A stretch of 64,000 nt of DNA from Lama guanicoe (GCA_013239625.1 MU056000.1:7541214-7605213); one strand, 5' to 3'. Counted from the stretch's first letter, positions 1 to 12,370 are shown. Numbers and translations: made by a program. The notes: a model not told the origin generated them from the letters alone.

Positions 1-176
1 TTCTCCCTGAAATATACATCTAACTATCTGAGGGTCTTGTTTTCCTGAAGGACAGGGAGCCCCATCCTGTTTTTTGCCCTGAGTTCCTTTCAGGGGGCTC
101 TGTTGTTCAGTGACTGCAGTGGCTGATGTCTTGGTCCTTGTAGAACTGGGTGGTGGGCAACATTCTTTGTTTTACA
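1..176 (-). mobile_element. ERV-type LTR fragment, truncated by the window edge
   Basis: The minus strand begins TGTAAAACAAAGAATGTTGCCC..., an LTR-like TG terminus. The family is not identified. Confidence 0.45.
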
Positions 177-1184
177 CTCTCAGTGACCTTTCTGGGTGCT
201 GATAAGTCAGCTGGAGTGGATGGGACATTTACAACCAGTGAGCTAAACAAAGGAGGAGCTCTGTTAACTGACTAATCAGGCTGAGAAGATCTCAAGTAGC
301 ATAAATTTGACGAGGCTCTGTTATCCATCATACAACGTTACTGATCCTCTCTGTCTGGGTTTTCTGGAATTTGATGACAAGAGATAAGGACACTCCTGTT
401 ACCCACTGTTTACTCCCTGGGGAATGTTCTCCTTTAACCTCATCCTTTGTCTAACACCAAGTTGTAAAACATGTTTAAGAGAATTGCATCAGGTCCTAAA
501 CCTGCACCCAGTAAGAAACAGTGTTAGTTCAAAAATCATACCTACTATTTATAACTCAGGCTGCAAAATGACCTCGCTGGCCTTCTATCAATTTAACACT
601 CTGCCATGGATTATATATCTTGTAGAAAATCTTTCACTTGTTGGAAGATTCTCAGACCCCGAGGTCTCGTTTTTCTCCTTTCACACTTGCAGACTGCATG
701 TAAATAAAAAGCACCTCCTCTAATGGGTTCATGACACACATGGAAGTTTTGCTCTTCCCCCTTCTCCCCACAGCCACCCCTTTTCTGACACTGCCCTGCC
801 GGCCTTTCTAATGCTGAAATCTGCCTGTCCCACGAGACACAGTGTTCACTCCAGGCTCTCCATCAACTGCCCTAGGCTCTCTGCTTTCTCCCTGGGGCTC
901 TTTCCCAACATTTCCAGCTTTCACGTGCATGGCTGGGGAACTGAGTGGTCCTTGAGAGCCCAGCAGCTGAGAGACAAAAAGGAACCCCGTCTTTATCAAC
1001 CCGTCCCACGAGGTGGTCCTGATAGACGTATGCTGGCCCCAAGCCTCCCTCTTGGAGCCCCTGTCCTTCTTACCACCCTATGGTTATAATGACAGGAGGT
1101 CGGAGGCACCGTTAGCTACCCCACTCTGAGGGTCAGTCTAGAAATCTGAAGACTAGGAAGGGGTTAATTAGCTTCAAGACTTTA

Positions 1185-1310
1185 TTTTATTCAATGGATG
1201 CTTTTGAGGACCTACCCTGTGCCAGACACTTTTCTAGAAATTGAAGGTAAGTCCTCAGCTTTCTTAGCGCTTTTATTCTAGATGACTGGAGGCTGAGATT
1301 GTGTGTGGTG
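1185..1310 (-). mobile_element. L2 3'-end fragment
   Basis: ttattcaatggatgcttttgaggacctaccctgtgccagacact resembles the antisense L2 tail (ttattgagcacctactatgtgccaggcact). Confidence 0.55.
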
Positions 1311-1629
1311 ACAAGTGACAGACACAGGCTTCTGATAGTCTCCTCTGAAACAAACTGAAACACAGTCTCACTTCCCAGTCTCTGTGATGTTAATATGCTG
1401 TGTTGTTTCTGCACAAATACCGAATAAAGAGTTCCTTGGGACACATTTTAAAAGAGAAAATTCAGGTGTCGTGGTATTTCTGGTTCTCTGTTTATGTCAG
1501 GCAAGTCCCTTCAGGAAGAAACTTCGCGGCTGGAGGGACTGTCTTGCACGCACTTTATCCCTTTCAGGGGTTGCCCAGACCCCAGGGTCCAGGGCAGGTC
1601 TGGTAGCGAGCATCTTTCCCCCTCTGGAG

Positions 1630-1842
1630 CAGGGGTGGACAAACTACAGCCCATGAACCAAGTCCAGCCACTGGTTTTTTAAATAAAATTTTACTGACAG
1701 GCAGCTACGTGCATTCATCTACGTGTTGTCTGCAATGCTTTCATGCTGCAGTGGCAGACTCAAGTAGCTGCAGCAGATCTGGTAGGGGCTCAGAGCCCAA
1801 ATATTTATTATTTAACCCTTTACAGAAAGTCGGCAGACTCCT
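1630..1842. mobile_element. MER58A-like hAT-Charlie MITE
   Basis: CAGGGGTGGACAAACTAC...AAATAAAATTTTACTG...CCCTTTACAGAAAGTCGGCAGACTCCT follows the recalled MER58A consensus over about 210 bp. Confidence 0.8.
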
Positions 1843-1848
1843 TTAGAA

Positions 1849-2023
1849 CAATGGTCCTCAAAGTGTGGTCCCTGGACCAGTAGCAACTACATCACCTGAG
1901 ACCTTGGAAAGAAATGGAAGCTCCCTCCCTCCTCTAGATCCACTCGATCAGAAACTCTGGGGTGGGGCAGTTTAGTGAGTTCCCCAGGAGATTCTGATCC
2001 ACGCTAAAGTTGGAGAACCACTG
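1849..2023 (+). mobile_element. MER5A hAT-Charlie MITE
   Basis: CAATGGTCCTCAAAGTGTGGTCC...ATCAGAAACTCTGGGGTGGGGC...GCTAAAGTTGGAGAACCACTG has MER5A termini and internal motifs. Confidence 0.85.
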
Positions 2024-3776
2024 AACATATAATTTTTTCCTGTAATTTTTAGGGAAACTACCAGGAAGTCAGAACCCCGAAGCAGGTTTTGAATTCCTGA
2101 TGTCTCCTTGTTTTTTCTCGCGATTGCTAGGAAAGTGACAGTTGCCTACTGAGATGCACTGGCTGCGGCATTTTAAGAGAAACTGTGTGTGATGGCATTA
2201 ATGATTAAGAATTGTGTTCACTGCAGAAAGGATCATTAACTGAGTTTATAACACTTACGGGGGCTAATATTTAGCTCATTGATTTATGAACATCACATCA
2301 ATGTCCCTTTTAAAAGTTGAATCTCTTTAAATTAATTTTTGATCACAGTTGAGAAGACATTGACTGATCATGTGTATTAGTGCTCTGTGATCACAGGCAG
2401 CTCCCCACATCACCCCAAGGAGGCTGTGGATGGGCTGATTTACAGATTCCCCGTGGAAGACACGAGAAAGGGAGGGAGACGGCTGTGCCCCTCCTGCTGC
2501 AGGTAAGTTGTGACACCGCCTCTTAGGCTGCTGACTCTTGTCCAGCATCGCCCTCCTCCAGAGAGGAAACAAACCTGCATGTGGGCACACTGAGTTTAAA
2601 TGTTTGGGATTTCTGAAATGCAGTGCGAATGATGAAATGGAAGGGAGCCTTTAGTCCGCCGTTTGGAATAATGCATTTCCCTGGATACGGGGACGAATTA
2701 GGAGCAATGAGATTCCCTCATACATCCTTGAACTTGTGACAGTCCTGATCCTTGCTTGCAGGCACCCACACCTGAAAAATCTTCATGACCCGGCCTCTTC
2801 TCTCCCTTCTCTTTAGATTAGTAAGTACTGCCGTGAGCTTTTTCTTTTACTTATGTTACCTGTATCTTCCAAGCAGATGGGATCTCTACAGCCAGCACAA
2901 TGTCCCTTTGTTGTCTCATCAACTAAAGGACATGAGCGGTATTGCTGTTCTAGCTGATTAGGTGGAAGTTCACGATGAGGGCGGCCAAGGGAAAAGACCA
3001 GGTAATTTCAGGTCTTCCTACGCATATCCCATGGATTCGGAGGCTAGCACGTTGCTCTGGGGCTTGGCAAGACGTTTCAGGTGGGTCCTCACCTATTTTT
3101 ATGCACAGACCTCATGTCATAGCTCATTGAGGAAAACGGCCTCATGTATATGCACCGGCCAGTGTTTATACAAAACAAAACAGCAGAAAATGCCCGCTTT
3201 GTATTGAGCTGCTATTTCTTTCTTTGTAAATGAAACTATGGCGTATCACAAAAATGAGTTTGGACTTCACAAAAATCTACACTTTGCTCCATCTTCACTC
3301 GGGGGAGCAGTCCCCGAGCGCTGGCAGCTCCCCGCACCTGCTGTCTGGCCGAGAAGCTGTGAGCAACGGGCCAGGAACAGCTGCAGCTGCCCCGGCGTTG
3401 CCCCAGCCGGATCCGCGCAGCCCCACTGCCGCTAGGAACCCCGGCAGCTGCTTGGGTGACCACCTGCTCCAGGGGCCGCTCCGTGACTGTCAGCTGGAGC
3501 TTCTGGGCAGCGGGGGCGGGACTCTGCTGTCAGGGCTGCTTGGATCTGGAGGGAAGCTGATTCTGGAAAAGACAAACCAGTTCAACTTGTATTCTTTATC
3601 TTTCTTCTCTCATTTTCATCTGCAGAATCTTGAAATGAAGATACTTTCTGAATTAGGTCCTACGCTTAGAACAACACAGACACGGACACCTGGACATCCA
3701 TGCAGACACACTCGTGTGCACACACACCTTCTTTCTCGTGTTTGCTTCATGTGGGTAGTAAACACAGCTAAAGAAT

Positions 3777-3916
3777 GTGTGTGTGTTTTATTATTTTTTT
3801 AAATCGAAGTACAGTTGATTTACAATGCTGTGCTAGTTTCAGGTATATAGCAAAGTGATTCAGTTATCCATATCCATCTATATATGTATTATTTTCAGAT
3901 CATTTTCCATTTTAGG
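3777..3916 (-). mobile_element. 5'-truncated L1 3' end (cetartiodactyl type)
   Basis: T-rich tail followed by gaagtacagttgatttacaatgctgtgctagtttcaggt. Flanked by the 8-bp direct repeat TAAAGAAT (3769-3776, 3917-3924). Confidence 0.8.
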
Positions 3917-4136
3917 TAAAGAATACTTTGAAGCTTGTCCATCCAGTTGGTCTAAACCAATCATCACTCATATTTTGGGGATGCTTTTAAAAGACAGATT
4001 TGGGGTCCTGTCCTGACCTTGTTGAATCCGTCTCTGGTGGCGGCACCCAGGAGTCTGCGTTTATGACAGATAACAGTTTGGTCGTGACCATCGCCACCTC
4101 CGACAAGAGGTCACACATGTTCGGTGAGTGGGGACC

Positions 4137-4559
4137 TGTTTTAGTCTGCCCCATGCTGCTGTAACAAAGTACCCCAAGCTAGGGGGCTTAAAAGACAGGC
4201 ATTTATTGTCTCAGAGTGCTGAGGCCAGAAGTGCAAAATCAAGAGACCTGCGGGGCTGTTTCCTTCTGAGGGCTGTGCGGAAAGGTCAGTTCCAGGCCTC
4301 TCTTCGTGGCTTGTAGGCGACCGTCTTCTCCCTGTGTCTCCCCCCATTGTCTCCCCCCATGTCTGTCTGTTTCCTAATCTCCCTTTTTTATAAAGACATT
4401 CTGATGTCATATTGGACTGGGGGCCTCTGTAACGACCTCATTTCAATTTGATTATCTCCATAAAGATGCTGTGTCCAGGTAAAGTCACAGTCTGAGGTTC
4501 TGGGGGTCAGGACTCTAACGTATCTCTTTGGGGGGGGGAACACAATTCAGCCTCTAACA
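4137..4559 (-). mobile_element. MaLR solo LTR (MLT1B/C-like)
   Basis: TG...CA termini, MLT1 motifs (gctgctgtaacaaagtacc, cacaattcagcctctaaca), and a perfect 5-bp TSD GGACC (4132-4136, 4560-4564). Confidence 0.9.
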
Positions 4560-4614
4560 GGACCCCTTCACGTCATAGGTGGCTATGCTGAGAATATTCC
4601 ATGAGAATAAAGTG

Positions 4615-4790
4615 ATCGCAGCTGACGTTATTGGGTGCTTATTAAATGTTTGATGTGCGTTATTCAATTTTAACCTTCACAGCAAACTTTGAAGAAGATG
4701 CTATTATGTTTCCCAATTTAGAGATGCTAAAACTGAGGCTTCAAGAAATTGGATAAGTTGTCCAGGACCTCACGACTAGCAGATGGCAGG
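4615..4790 (-). mobile_element. MIR SINE
   Basis: MIR core cccaatttagagatgctaaaactgaggcttcaagaaattggataagttgtcc. Confidence 0.75.
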
Positions 4791-5799
4791 GGAGGGCCCA
4801 GCCATGCTTTTCCCTATTATGCATTCGATTGTCATAAAGTTCTAACTGTTACAAGAGCCCCCTCTCATTTATTCAGCATGCTTCCCTAGCTCGTTGGTCT
4901 CACTCTGTTGTCCTTTTGTAGCCAGAGTGTCCGTATTCTTTCCTCATCATCAGATGCTTGCAGACGGTTTCTAGGCCTGTTCAAGCCCTCATTTTCCCAG
5001 GGTACCCACCCCTGTTCTGTCCTGGGGTGACGTGCCCTGCCTCCTCTGACCACAGTGGCCCATCCCCTCGGACCCTCCAGCTTGCTGATGAGCATCTTAA
5101 ACGTGCTGTCCTCAGTGTAAACTGGAATTGTACACAAGCCTGCTCTAAACGTGCTGGCCTATTTGCTCAGAGTGAACAAAAATCTCCCAGTTACGTGTGC
5201 TTGGTATTCCATCAAGACGGATCATGCAGTTTCTGTTCCTTCCACATAAGTATGTCAGAACAGAGGCTAAGCATACATTGCAGGCCAGAACTCAGTGTGT
5301 ATGTCAACCTGAAGGACATACTTCCACTGTCTAGCCCAGGGCAAAGCTACACACTGAGGCATGTGAGCCCAGTGTTCCAGGCAGTGCGAGGGCCCTGCTG
5401 CTGGGCCCCTGCCTGGGGTTTCCCGCTCACAGGGCGGTGCCAGCCCCACACTCTCCCTTACGCAGGCTGCTCGCAGCGAGCAGGCCAGCAGTTGGGTCTG
5501 CCCGTCAGCGTGCTGGTTCCTTCCCCTCCCCTCCGTGTACCTGTAACCAGCAAGGACTTTCCTTCTCTCCGTCTCATCCTCTGACTTTAGTTTATGTAGC
5601 TGCCCCATAGGTCACTTTAGAATTCAAGAGATGGTCACTGTCCCGGTCCACGGTTTCATACTTGGCTTATTGACCACGGAGGAAATTGACATCAGCAGAC
5701 TGTGTGGGGCCATTCCCGCCGGGTTGGCTCAGCATCTGCTATGGGACAAATGCCTCCTCTTGGCCCTCCCTCGCTCCCTCCTTCCCTTGCAAACAGTGA

Positions 5800-5960
5800 T
5801 GGGCTCTGGCTCCAAGCATTGTTCTGGATCCTGGGGACCCTGGAGTTGAACAAGACAAAGTTCCTGCTCTCAGGGACGTACGCCTGGTGCCAAACACGTA
5901 AATTCATGAAGTATATTCGGGTTGTGATAACTGCAATGATGGAAATAAAACAGTCTAATG
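5800..5960 (-). mobile_element. L2 fragment
   Basis: gcattgttctggatcctgggga...gaacaagacaaagttcctgctctcaggga is typical antisense L2 3' sequence. Confidence 0.55.
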
Positions 5961-8027
5961 AGGTGTGTGTGTGTATGAGTGTGGGTGTGTGTATGCATGT
6001 GTGTCTGTGTGTGTTTGTGTGTTTGTCTCCTTCTCCCAGGTTCCTCCAGAGCTAAACCTTCCAGCTTCTAATCGTGCTTTCTTAGCAGAGCTATGTCCTC
6101 CTGACACGGCTGAGGTCAGCACCCGCTCACCTGTCTCATTCTCCATCATTTGCCAGGGGAGGTTCTGCAAACTGAGTTTTGAATTCACTCAAGTGCTGGA
6201 ATTAAAATTAGTAAATATGCAATCAACCAACTTACAACTACAAGTGCCGATGTCTTTGCTGAGCCAGGCACGACTCTGGACGTGGGATATGGCACGATCT
6301 CTCTGAAGCCACCTTTGTTTTGTGAGAGTGGGCGGAAGCACAGCAGAGCCCCAGAGCAAATGTGGGTCGGCCTTTGTTTCCTGTTCCCCTGCCCTTTCAT
6401 CTCCTCAGCCTGCCCCCGTCCACCTTTAGGCCACGTCATCTTGGATTCTCTCCACTGACCAAAACAAGAGAAGAGTGGCTATCATTTATTTATGGTTAGA
6501 TGGGCAATCAGGGTCAGGGGTACCAGGCCTGGGACCCGCTATCCAGAAATCAACATGGTGTGTTTTTCTGTAGCCTCAACAGTTCTTATCCCTGAGGACC
6601 TTGAGCATGGCCAGGCGAGCTGTAGGTCAGGGGCCCTGCAGGTCATCACACAAGGAAAGAGGAGCTGTGAGGCTAGCCCCGGCCCTGCCTATGTCGGCGA
6701 GGCTTGGACGAGGCAGCCAGGGGTGGGATTCATATCAGAATATACACTGTCTTTCCAAGGCTGGCAGAAGGCCCTCAAATCTGGTGAAGAAGCGAAGGCT
6801 CTTACCAGGCCCCTTGTTCTCCTGAGGCTTTTCAGACAGACAGAGCTGCCAGCTGTGCTGAATGTCCCAGACCCCCTACTCGAGCTTCAACTAAAGTGAA
6901 AATTCTCACAGGCTGGTTCTTTCTTCCTCTTTCTCCCTTCTTCCTTTCCTCCCCCCCCCCTTTTTTTTAAAAAACATTTTAGGCAATTAATCTCATATTG
7001 TGGAGTGGAAGGCTGTCGTCTCTTTAAAGGCTACTTCAGACATGAGCCGACTAATATGCCTGTTTCCTGGACAGGGGGCCGAGGTCTGGTGCTGCTCTGA
7101 GCCCGGTCTCCAGGTCACCCTGAAATCCTGCTCTGGGCAGAGCAATCCTCAGGGCACCTGCCCAGGCTGCCCCGGAGCAGCCACCGGATGCGGGTCAGGT
7201 TACCTTGTGTACCTGCTTCCAGGCTGCCGACCACGGGGCCTAAGCACGGGCGGAGGCATCCAGGTTCCCCCAGCTGCAGCCGCAGGCCCAGGGTCCACCG
7301 CTCCTTGGAGTTCTGCCCTGTGAGGGGGCCCCTCCTTCCCGGCTTTCCCCACTGGCTCCTTCCCTTTGCTGCCTTCACAGAAGCTGGGGCTTTGCTCCGT
7401 CACTCCTCCCCTTCCTTTAGCCTGTATTCTTCCCTCCTTCTGTGCAAAGATTTCCAGCTCTGCAGAGCTCATTTCCTGTGTCCCTCCTGTCCATCTTCTG
7501 GACCAAGTCTCTGCCTAGGTTCCTCCATGTACAGTGAGGCAGAGGCGACAGGAGACCATCATTCCCGTTGCTTTGGACTTTTGGCCAAAATCGGAAGCAG
7601 GAAGCCAGAAGTGGGAAGTGGGAAGAGTTGTTTGTGCTGCTTCAGGATTCCTTCCTTTGGGGTCCAGGAAACTTCAGCCTGGCTGTGGCCAGTGGGACTA
7701 GAGATGCGGAGAATCCTGACCTTGGGGCTGAACGGTAGAGAATATTTAGGAAACTTGTTGACCAGGATACTGATTTCAGCTACATTAACAACGTGAAATA
7801 AGAAAAAATATCAGGGAGCTGTTGTAGAAATAGTCAATAACCATTATTCAAATGAACGACTTACTATCTATGCCTACTTTTCACAGGATGAACACTTATG
7901 CACATTACAAAGAAGTCTGCTTAGCTTTGAGGCAAGTTTTCTTCAATTACAAAGTCAAATCTGGCTCAGACATGTCCCACCTTCCTGGTGTGTTGCTTGG
8001 GTAGCATGGTCTACAATCTAACCAGAG

Positions 8028-8193
8028 GGGAACAAGGTATAGCTCAGTGGAAGAGCACGTGCTTAACGTGCACAGGGTCCTGGGTTCAATCCCTGGAACC
8101 TCCATTAAATATAAACAAACAAACAAACAAACAAACAAACAAAGAACCTGATCCCTCCCCTCTCCACACACACACACACACACACACAAATCA
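8028..8193 (+). mobile_element. Camelid tRNA-derived SINE (Vic-1-like)
   Basis: Box A TAGCTCAGTGG and box B GGTTCAATCC, an (AAAC)n/(CA)n tail, and a degenerate TSD aatctaaccagag / aatccaactagag. Confidence 0.9.
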
Positions 8194-8379
8194 AATCCAA
8201 CTAGAGAAACACTGGCCTGTAATGAACACGGAGTGGACACCCTGCTGTGGACTTTTTATGAAACAGGCTATTTGTGTTTCCTCCTTTCCAAAGTTGATGT
8301 GTCATGGAAAAATTTGAGCATGAATAAAAATTTCCTGCCATGTAGTATTTCAAAGGCCCTCTAAGATCCAGCTCTAAAA

Positions 8380-8616
8380 CGTGCTCTCTTAAAGGGGGTG
8401 GTACTGCCCTCAGTGGGGTAAAACATCACACTCCGTATACATCATTTATACAGCTTTTATGTACAAAGCACAGATATATACATATAATACATAAGTAGAT
8501 ATACAGTATGTCTTTAATATTAAAATTTCTTTGAGGAGTGATTAGGACAAAAGTGTCTAAAAAGACTTTTTTGGGGGAGTGGGGGGTGATGATGAAAAAA
8601 AGGTTGAGAAACACTA
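8380..8616 (-). mobile_element. hAT-Charlie MITE (MER112-like)
   Basis: Ends aaaaaaaggttgagaaacact, with internal ttaaaatttc...attaggacaaaagtgtctaaaaag matching the recalled consensus. Confidence 0.6.
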
Positions 8617-8934
8617 CTCTAAGTGGATGCTTTTGTGAAGGTTTCTATTTTAAAAGATTACTTCTTAATTAATTTTTAAAATAGAAACCCAGATTTTCAG
8701 ATCTTGAGCTGCTTAAAGCAAAACAGATCTAGGAAGTCACTTACTGCTAGAAGGCAGCATTCATCCACCTTAGCCCCTGCACAGAGGCCCCCGGGAGAGT
8801 CTTCCACTGGGGAAATCCATGCCATGGTATTATAAAATAATAAGGCTGCTTATTGTCCACAGCTTGTAAAAGCAGTCTCATTATAATTTTATAGCCAGAT
8901 CTCTTTGGTAATAATAGTACTGATAATTACAACA

Positions 8935-9067
8935 CTGTATTTCATCAAACCAGGACTCAGCTGATTGTAAGATGTGCTATTAAAATTTGACACAATGCTA
9001 GGATGCTGTAGGCTAGGATGCACTGAAGAAATGTTAAAATGTGCATCGTAGGATCAATGAAATGTGG
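8935..9067. mobile_element. Tc2/Kanga-type MITE (MER104-like)
   Basis: Inverted termini ctgtatttcatc ... caatgaaatgtgg, with internal aatgttaaaatgtgcatc. Confidence 0.5.
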
Positions 9068-9074
9068 AAATGAT

Positions 9075-9270
9075 CGCTGACGACCACTGAGCCTTCATCA
9101 TGTGCCTGGCATATTTCATCGACTACTTTCAACAGTGATGCTATGATATATGATGATACTTAACTCTATTTTTCAAATGAAGACAGCTGAGATTCAGAGA
9201 GGTTAAGTTACTTACCAGGGATTGCACAGCTCTAAAATGGTGGAAGAAGGGATCAACTCGAGGACCCCAG
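9075..9270 (-). mobile_element. MIR SINE
   Basis: ttttcaaatgaagacagctgagattcagagaggttaagttacttacc is the MIR core. Confidence 0.75.
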
Positions 9271-11083
9271 GATGCTCATGCCTCAGCCTTCTGAGGACCA
9301 CGAGGCTTTATCTTTCCCTGTTCTATCTCCTCCATTAACCTGGAAAGGTAGATTCACCTTAGTTCTTTTGATGTACGAGTTGCCAGAAAAGTGCACAAAA
9401 TAGAAGGCTTGTATCTTTCAAATTCATGAAGGAGAAATTCTTTTTAAAGGAATGCTCTGGGAAGAATGCTTTGGTAAGGTGGCATTCCAGTGCCGTCCTG
9501 ACCTAACTTACCTTGGACTTGGGTTTTGTCCTGACTCCTCCCGACTCCCACGGTGGGACAGTGGCTGGAAGTTCACCTTTCTGGGTCCTGGTGTCCAGGC
9601 ATCAGTCCTGAAGTTTGTGCCTCATAAATCCAGACTCTGATAGTCCAGCAGTGTCATTAATAAACTCCTGACGGATGAGATAGTAAACACACACTTCCAA
9701 CAGGTTTATAGATTTCCACTTGGGATTTCTGCCCGTGGTGGTGGTGGGGTCCTGTTTTTATCTTTCCTTTGCCTTTGTTTGAAATGCTCTTCTGTAAGGG
9801 ATCTTGGCTACCTGGAGTATATTTAGCTCATTCCGCTGGGACACTTCCTTAATGGTATAGAGAGAACCAGTTGTATAGTTTATATCGGAATGGAGGATTT
9901 TGCCTCCCTCAAGAACATTATAATCTTAACTTACTGTTTGAGGCTCCATTGCTTTTGGGTAAATACAAAAATGTGTTTTCTCTTCCCTATTCCAGCGAGT
10001 AATTTTTCAAATGGACTGTAACTGAAGCTTCCTGTGTTTGCATTGCGAGTCATCTCAAGTTTACATTCAGAAAACCTAATAAAAATCGGAGCTGCAAACA
10101 ATTGGGCAAAAGCAGAGGAATGAAAAGAAGATTTTGAGGGGGATTCTGCCCAACAATGGCACAAGGCTGTAGCTTGCAGAAGGACTTAAGCTTTTTCTCA
10201 GGAGGGGGGAGTCTGACTGTGTCCACCCCGAGGAGTCCCTCCAGAGGGTTCAGACGAATCCTTCATGCAAAGCTACCCTGTACATCTGAGGCCGAGAATC
10301 CTTCCGCCTGACCTTAGGTAGATTGGGGTGCCTTTCCAGTAAGTTCTTCTTTTCTGACTTCATGTGAGATAAAGCTGTTTGAAGTTATTTTAAACCCAAA
10401 CAGACAAAAATTTCCTAAGAGGTGATGTCTCCCTGAGCTTACTCAGTAATATTTATTCTGCCAATTCCTGGACAGAAAAAAAAAATTCTGCCTACATTCA
10501 CTATACATTTTGGCAAAAGTCAGTAGAAAGTTTCTTTTTCCCCTACAATTTCTCCTTGGTTTTAGTTTACTTGAGTACATACTGTCAGTTGAACAAATAA
10601 ACTCTGGCCAGTATCTCGGCTAGCGTTGCAGTGCTGTTTCCTGCTCGGGTTTGGTATCATCGCCTTGTAACTGGGAAGCCATTCCTGTGTTCACAAGACC
10701 TGCGATTCCCTGGCACGTGAGCGCCTGAGCTCGCTGCAGCTGATCCTAGACGTCTCTTCCCGACCACGCGTCTAGTGATGTGACATCGGTGCTTGAAACT
10801 GGTCTCCACGGAGTACTTACACCACGGACATTGGCAAGCCCTATGGAGCCTCCATGGCCTCCCTCTGCCTTCTGTTGCGTGCTTACAGCTCTCCCGTTTC
10901 TGTGGCTGTCAAATCTCAGGGGCGCAAGTCCTAGAAGACAAAGAGTCACCATTGAGGGAACCTGGTTTGGGGCGTCACCAACAGATGAGATGGACATGCC
11001 TCCTGCCGCTGCCCATGCCGCCGCCCAGCGGACGTTGTGTGTGTGCACACCTCTGTGTGTGTGTGTGCGTGTGTGTGCACACG

Positions 11084-11559
11084 TGTTAACCAAGTCCAAG
11101 CTCATACTGTCACCACAGGACAGGCCAATAAATCGAGAGACAAGTTGCCGGGGCAAGGAATAGCGACTTTATTTGGAAAACCAGCAGACCAAGAAGATGG
11201 TGGACTAGTGTTCCAAAGGACTACCTTGCCTGAGTTAGAGTTCAGGCTTCTTTTACACTAGAAGGGGAGGGAGTAAAGTCAAACATTTCCTGGTTCCAGT
11301 CAGTCCCTGGAGGGGATGTGTTAATGTCTCCCTTCCATCATTCACATGTGGGCCTGGTCAGGATGTTTCCTACGAGCTAAACAAATGTATTTTAGCTTAA
11401 TGCTCCTTACCTGGGAGGCAGGGTTCCCAGAGATGGGTTATTATGTATAATTTAGGCTTAAAGGCAACATCTTTTTAGAGATGTACAGGCACTAGAATAC
11501 AAAGGGGAAAGTAAAGAAACAGATCCAGTACGGAGTCCAGTTTGTTCCTCCCCATCACA
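11084..11559 (-). mobile_element. ERV1-class solo LTR
   Basis: TG...CA termini, 4-bp TSD CACG (11080-11083, 11560-11563), and a minus-strand AATAAA near 11168-11173. Confidence 0.8.
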
Positions 11560-12209
11560 CACGTGCACCCGTGTATGAGCCTCTGTGTGTGTGAGTGGGC
11601 AGCCCCTGACCTCCTGCACAGTGTCTCTTTCCTTCTCACTCTCTTTCCCTCCCACTTGGGCCCGTCAGAACTGGTTGGGCATTCATTAGCCATGCAGACG
11701 GGCTGCTCAGAGCCAGACATGGCCTTGAAGAATGATTCTCTAGAATATGAGACTGGGGGAAACCCCTGTCACATCCTCCCCCTTCTGTCCTCTGCTCCTT
11801 CCTGCCCGTTAAACTGAACATTCAGGGACCTCTAAACAGGAGAAGACGTGCCGGCTGGGAGGATGGCTGGGAATGAGGGAGGACAAGATCTGATGCCGCC
11901 TGTCCTCCGGGCAGCAGAGGGGTGCCTGGTCTGGCCATGTGTCAGAACCTCCGCTTCTCTTGGCTCCTCCTGAGGGGCCTCCTCCTCTTCCTACCACTGA
12001 AAACTCAGATTGACCTCAGGCGCCCGAACCTTCATGCAGCTCTTGGCTTTTGTCTGACCTCTGTTGCTGCTGCGTAGGCCATTTGGGGTGGAGATCTGAG
12101 TCACCACGCAGAGTGAGAGGTGCTGGCCGGAGCCCCAGCCTCCTTTTTGCATCTTGGAGCTGAGCTGCAGCAGCCCTTACAAGCTCTTATGATTTGTCTG
12201 CATTTGTCT

Positions 12210-12370
12210 ACGATCCTTGTGCATTAGAGATACCTTAAACCGCACGAGGATCCACTGGGATAGGTCACTCCTATTCCTATTTCACGGGTGGGGTGACTGA
12301 GGTTCTAACACATGAAGTAACTTGTCCAAAATCTCACAGCCAGCAAGTGTCAGAGGCAGAATCAAAGGCA
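12210..12370 (-). mobile_element. MIR SINE
   Basis: ctattcctatttcacgggtggggtgactgaggttc...aagtaacttgtccaaaatctcacagc. Confidence 0.65.

Noticed and set aside
3302..3333. GGGGAGC...GCTCCCC inverted repeat
   Set aside because: A 7-bp stem in GC-rich DNA is expected by chance and is too short for a pre-miRNA.
3230..3802. 190-aa plus-strand ORF
   Set aside because: No recognisable domain, low-complexity GC-rich core, and it runs into simple repeat and L1 tail. The splice signal here points to the opposite strand.
4958..5584. 208-aa ORF
   Set aside because: Non-ATG start, no recognisable homology, and a composition typical of chance ORFs in GC-rich DNA.
8028..8105. tRNA-like sequence with intact box A and box B (similar at 15830-15903 and 42640-42715)
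   Set aside because: It has A-rich or simple-repeat tails, TSDs and several diverged copies, so these are tRNA-derived SINE heads and not tRNA genes.
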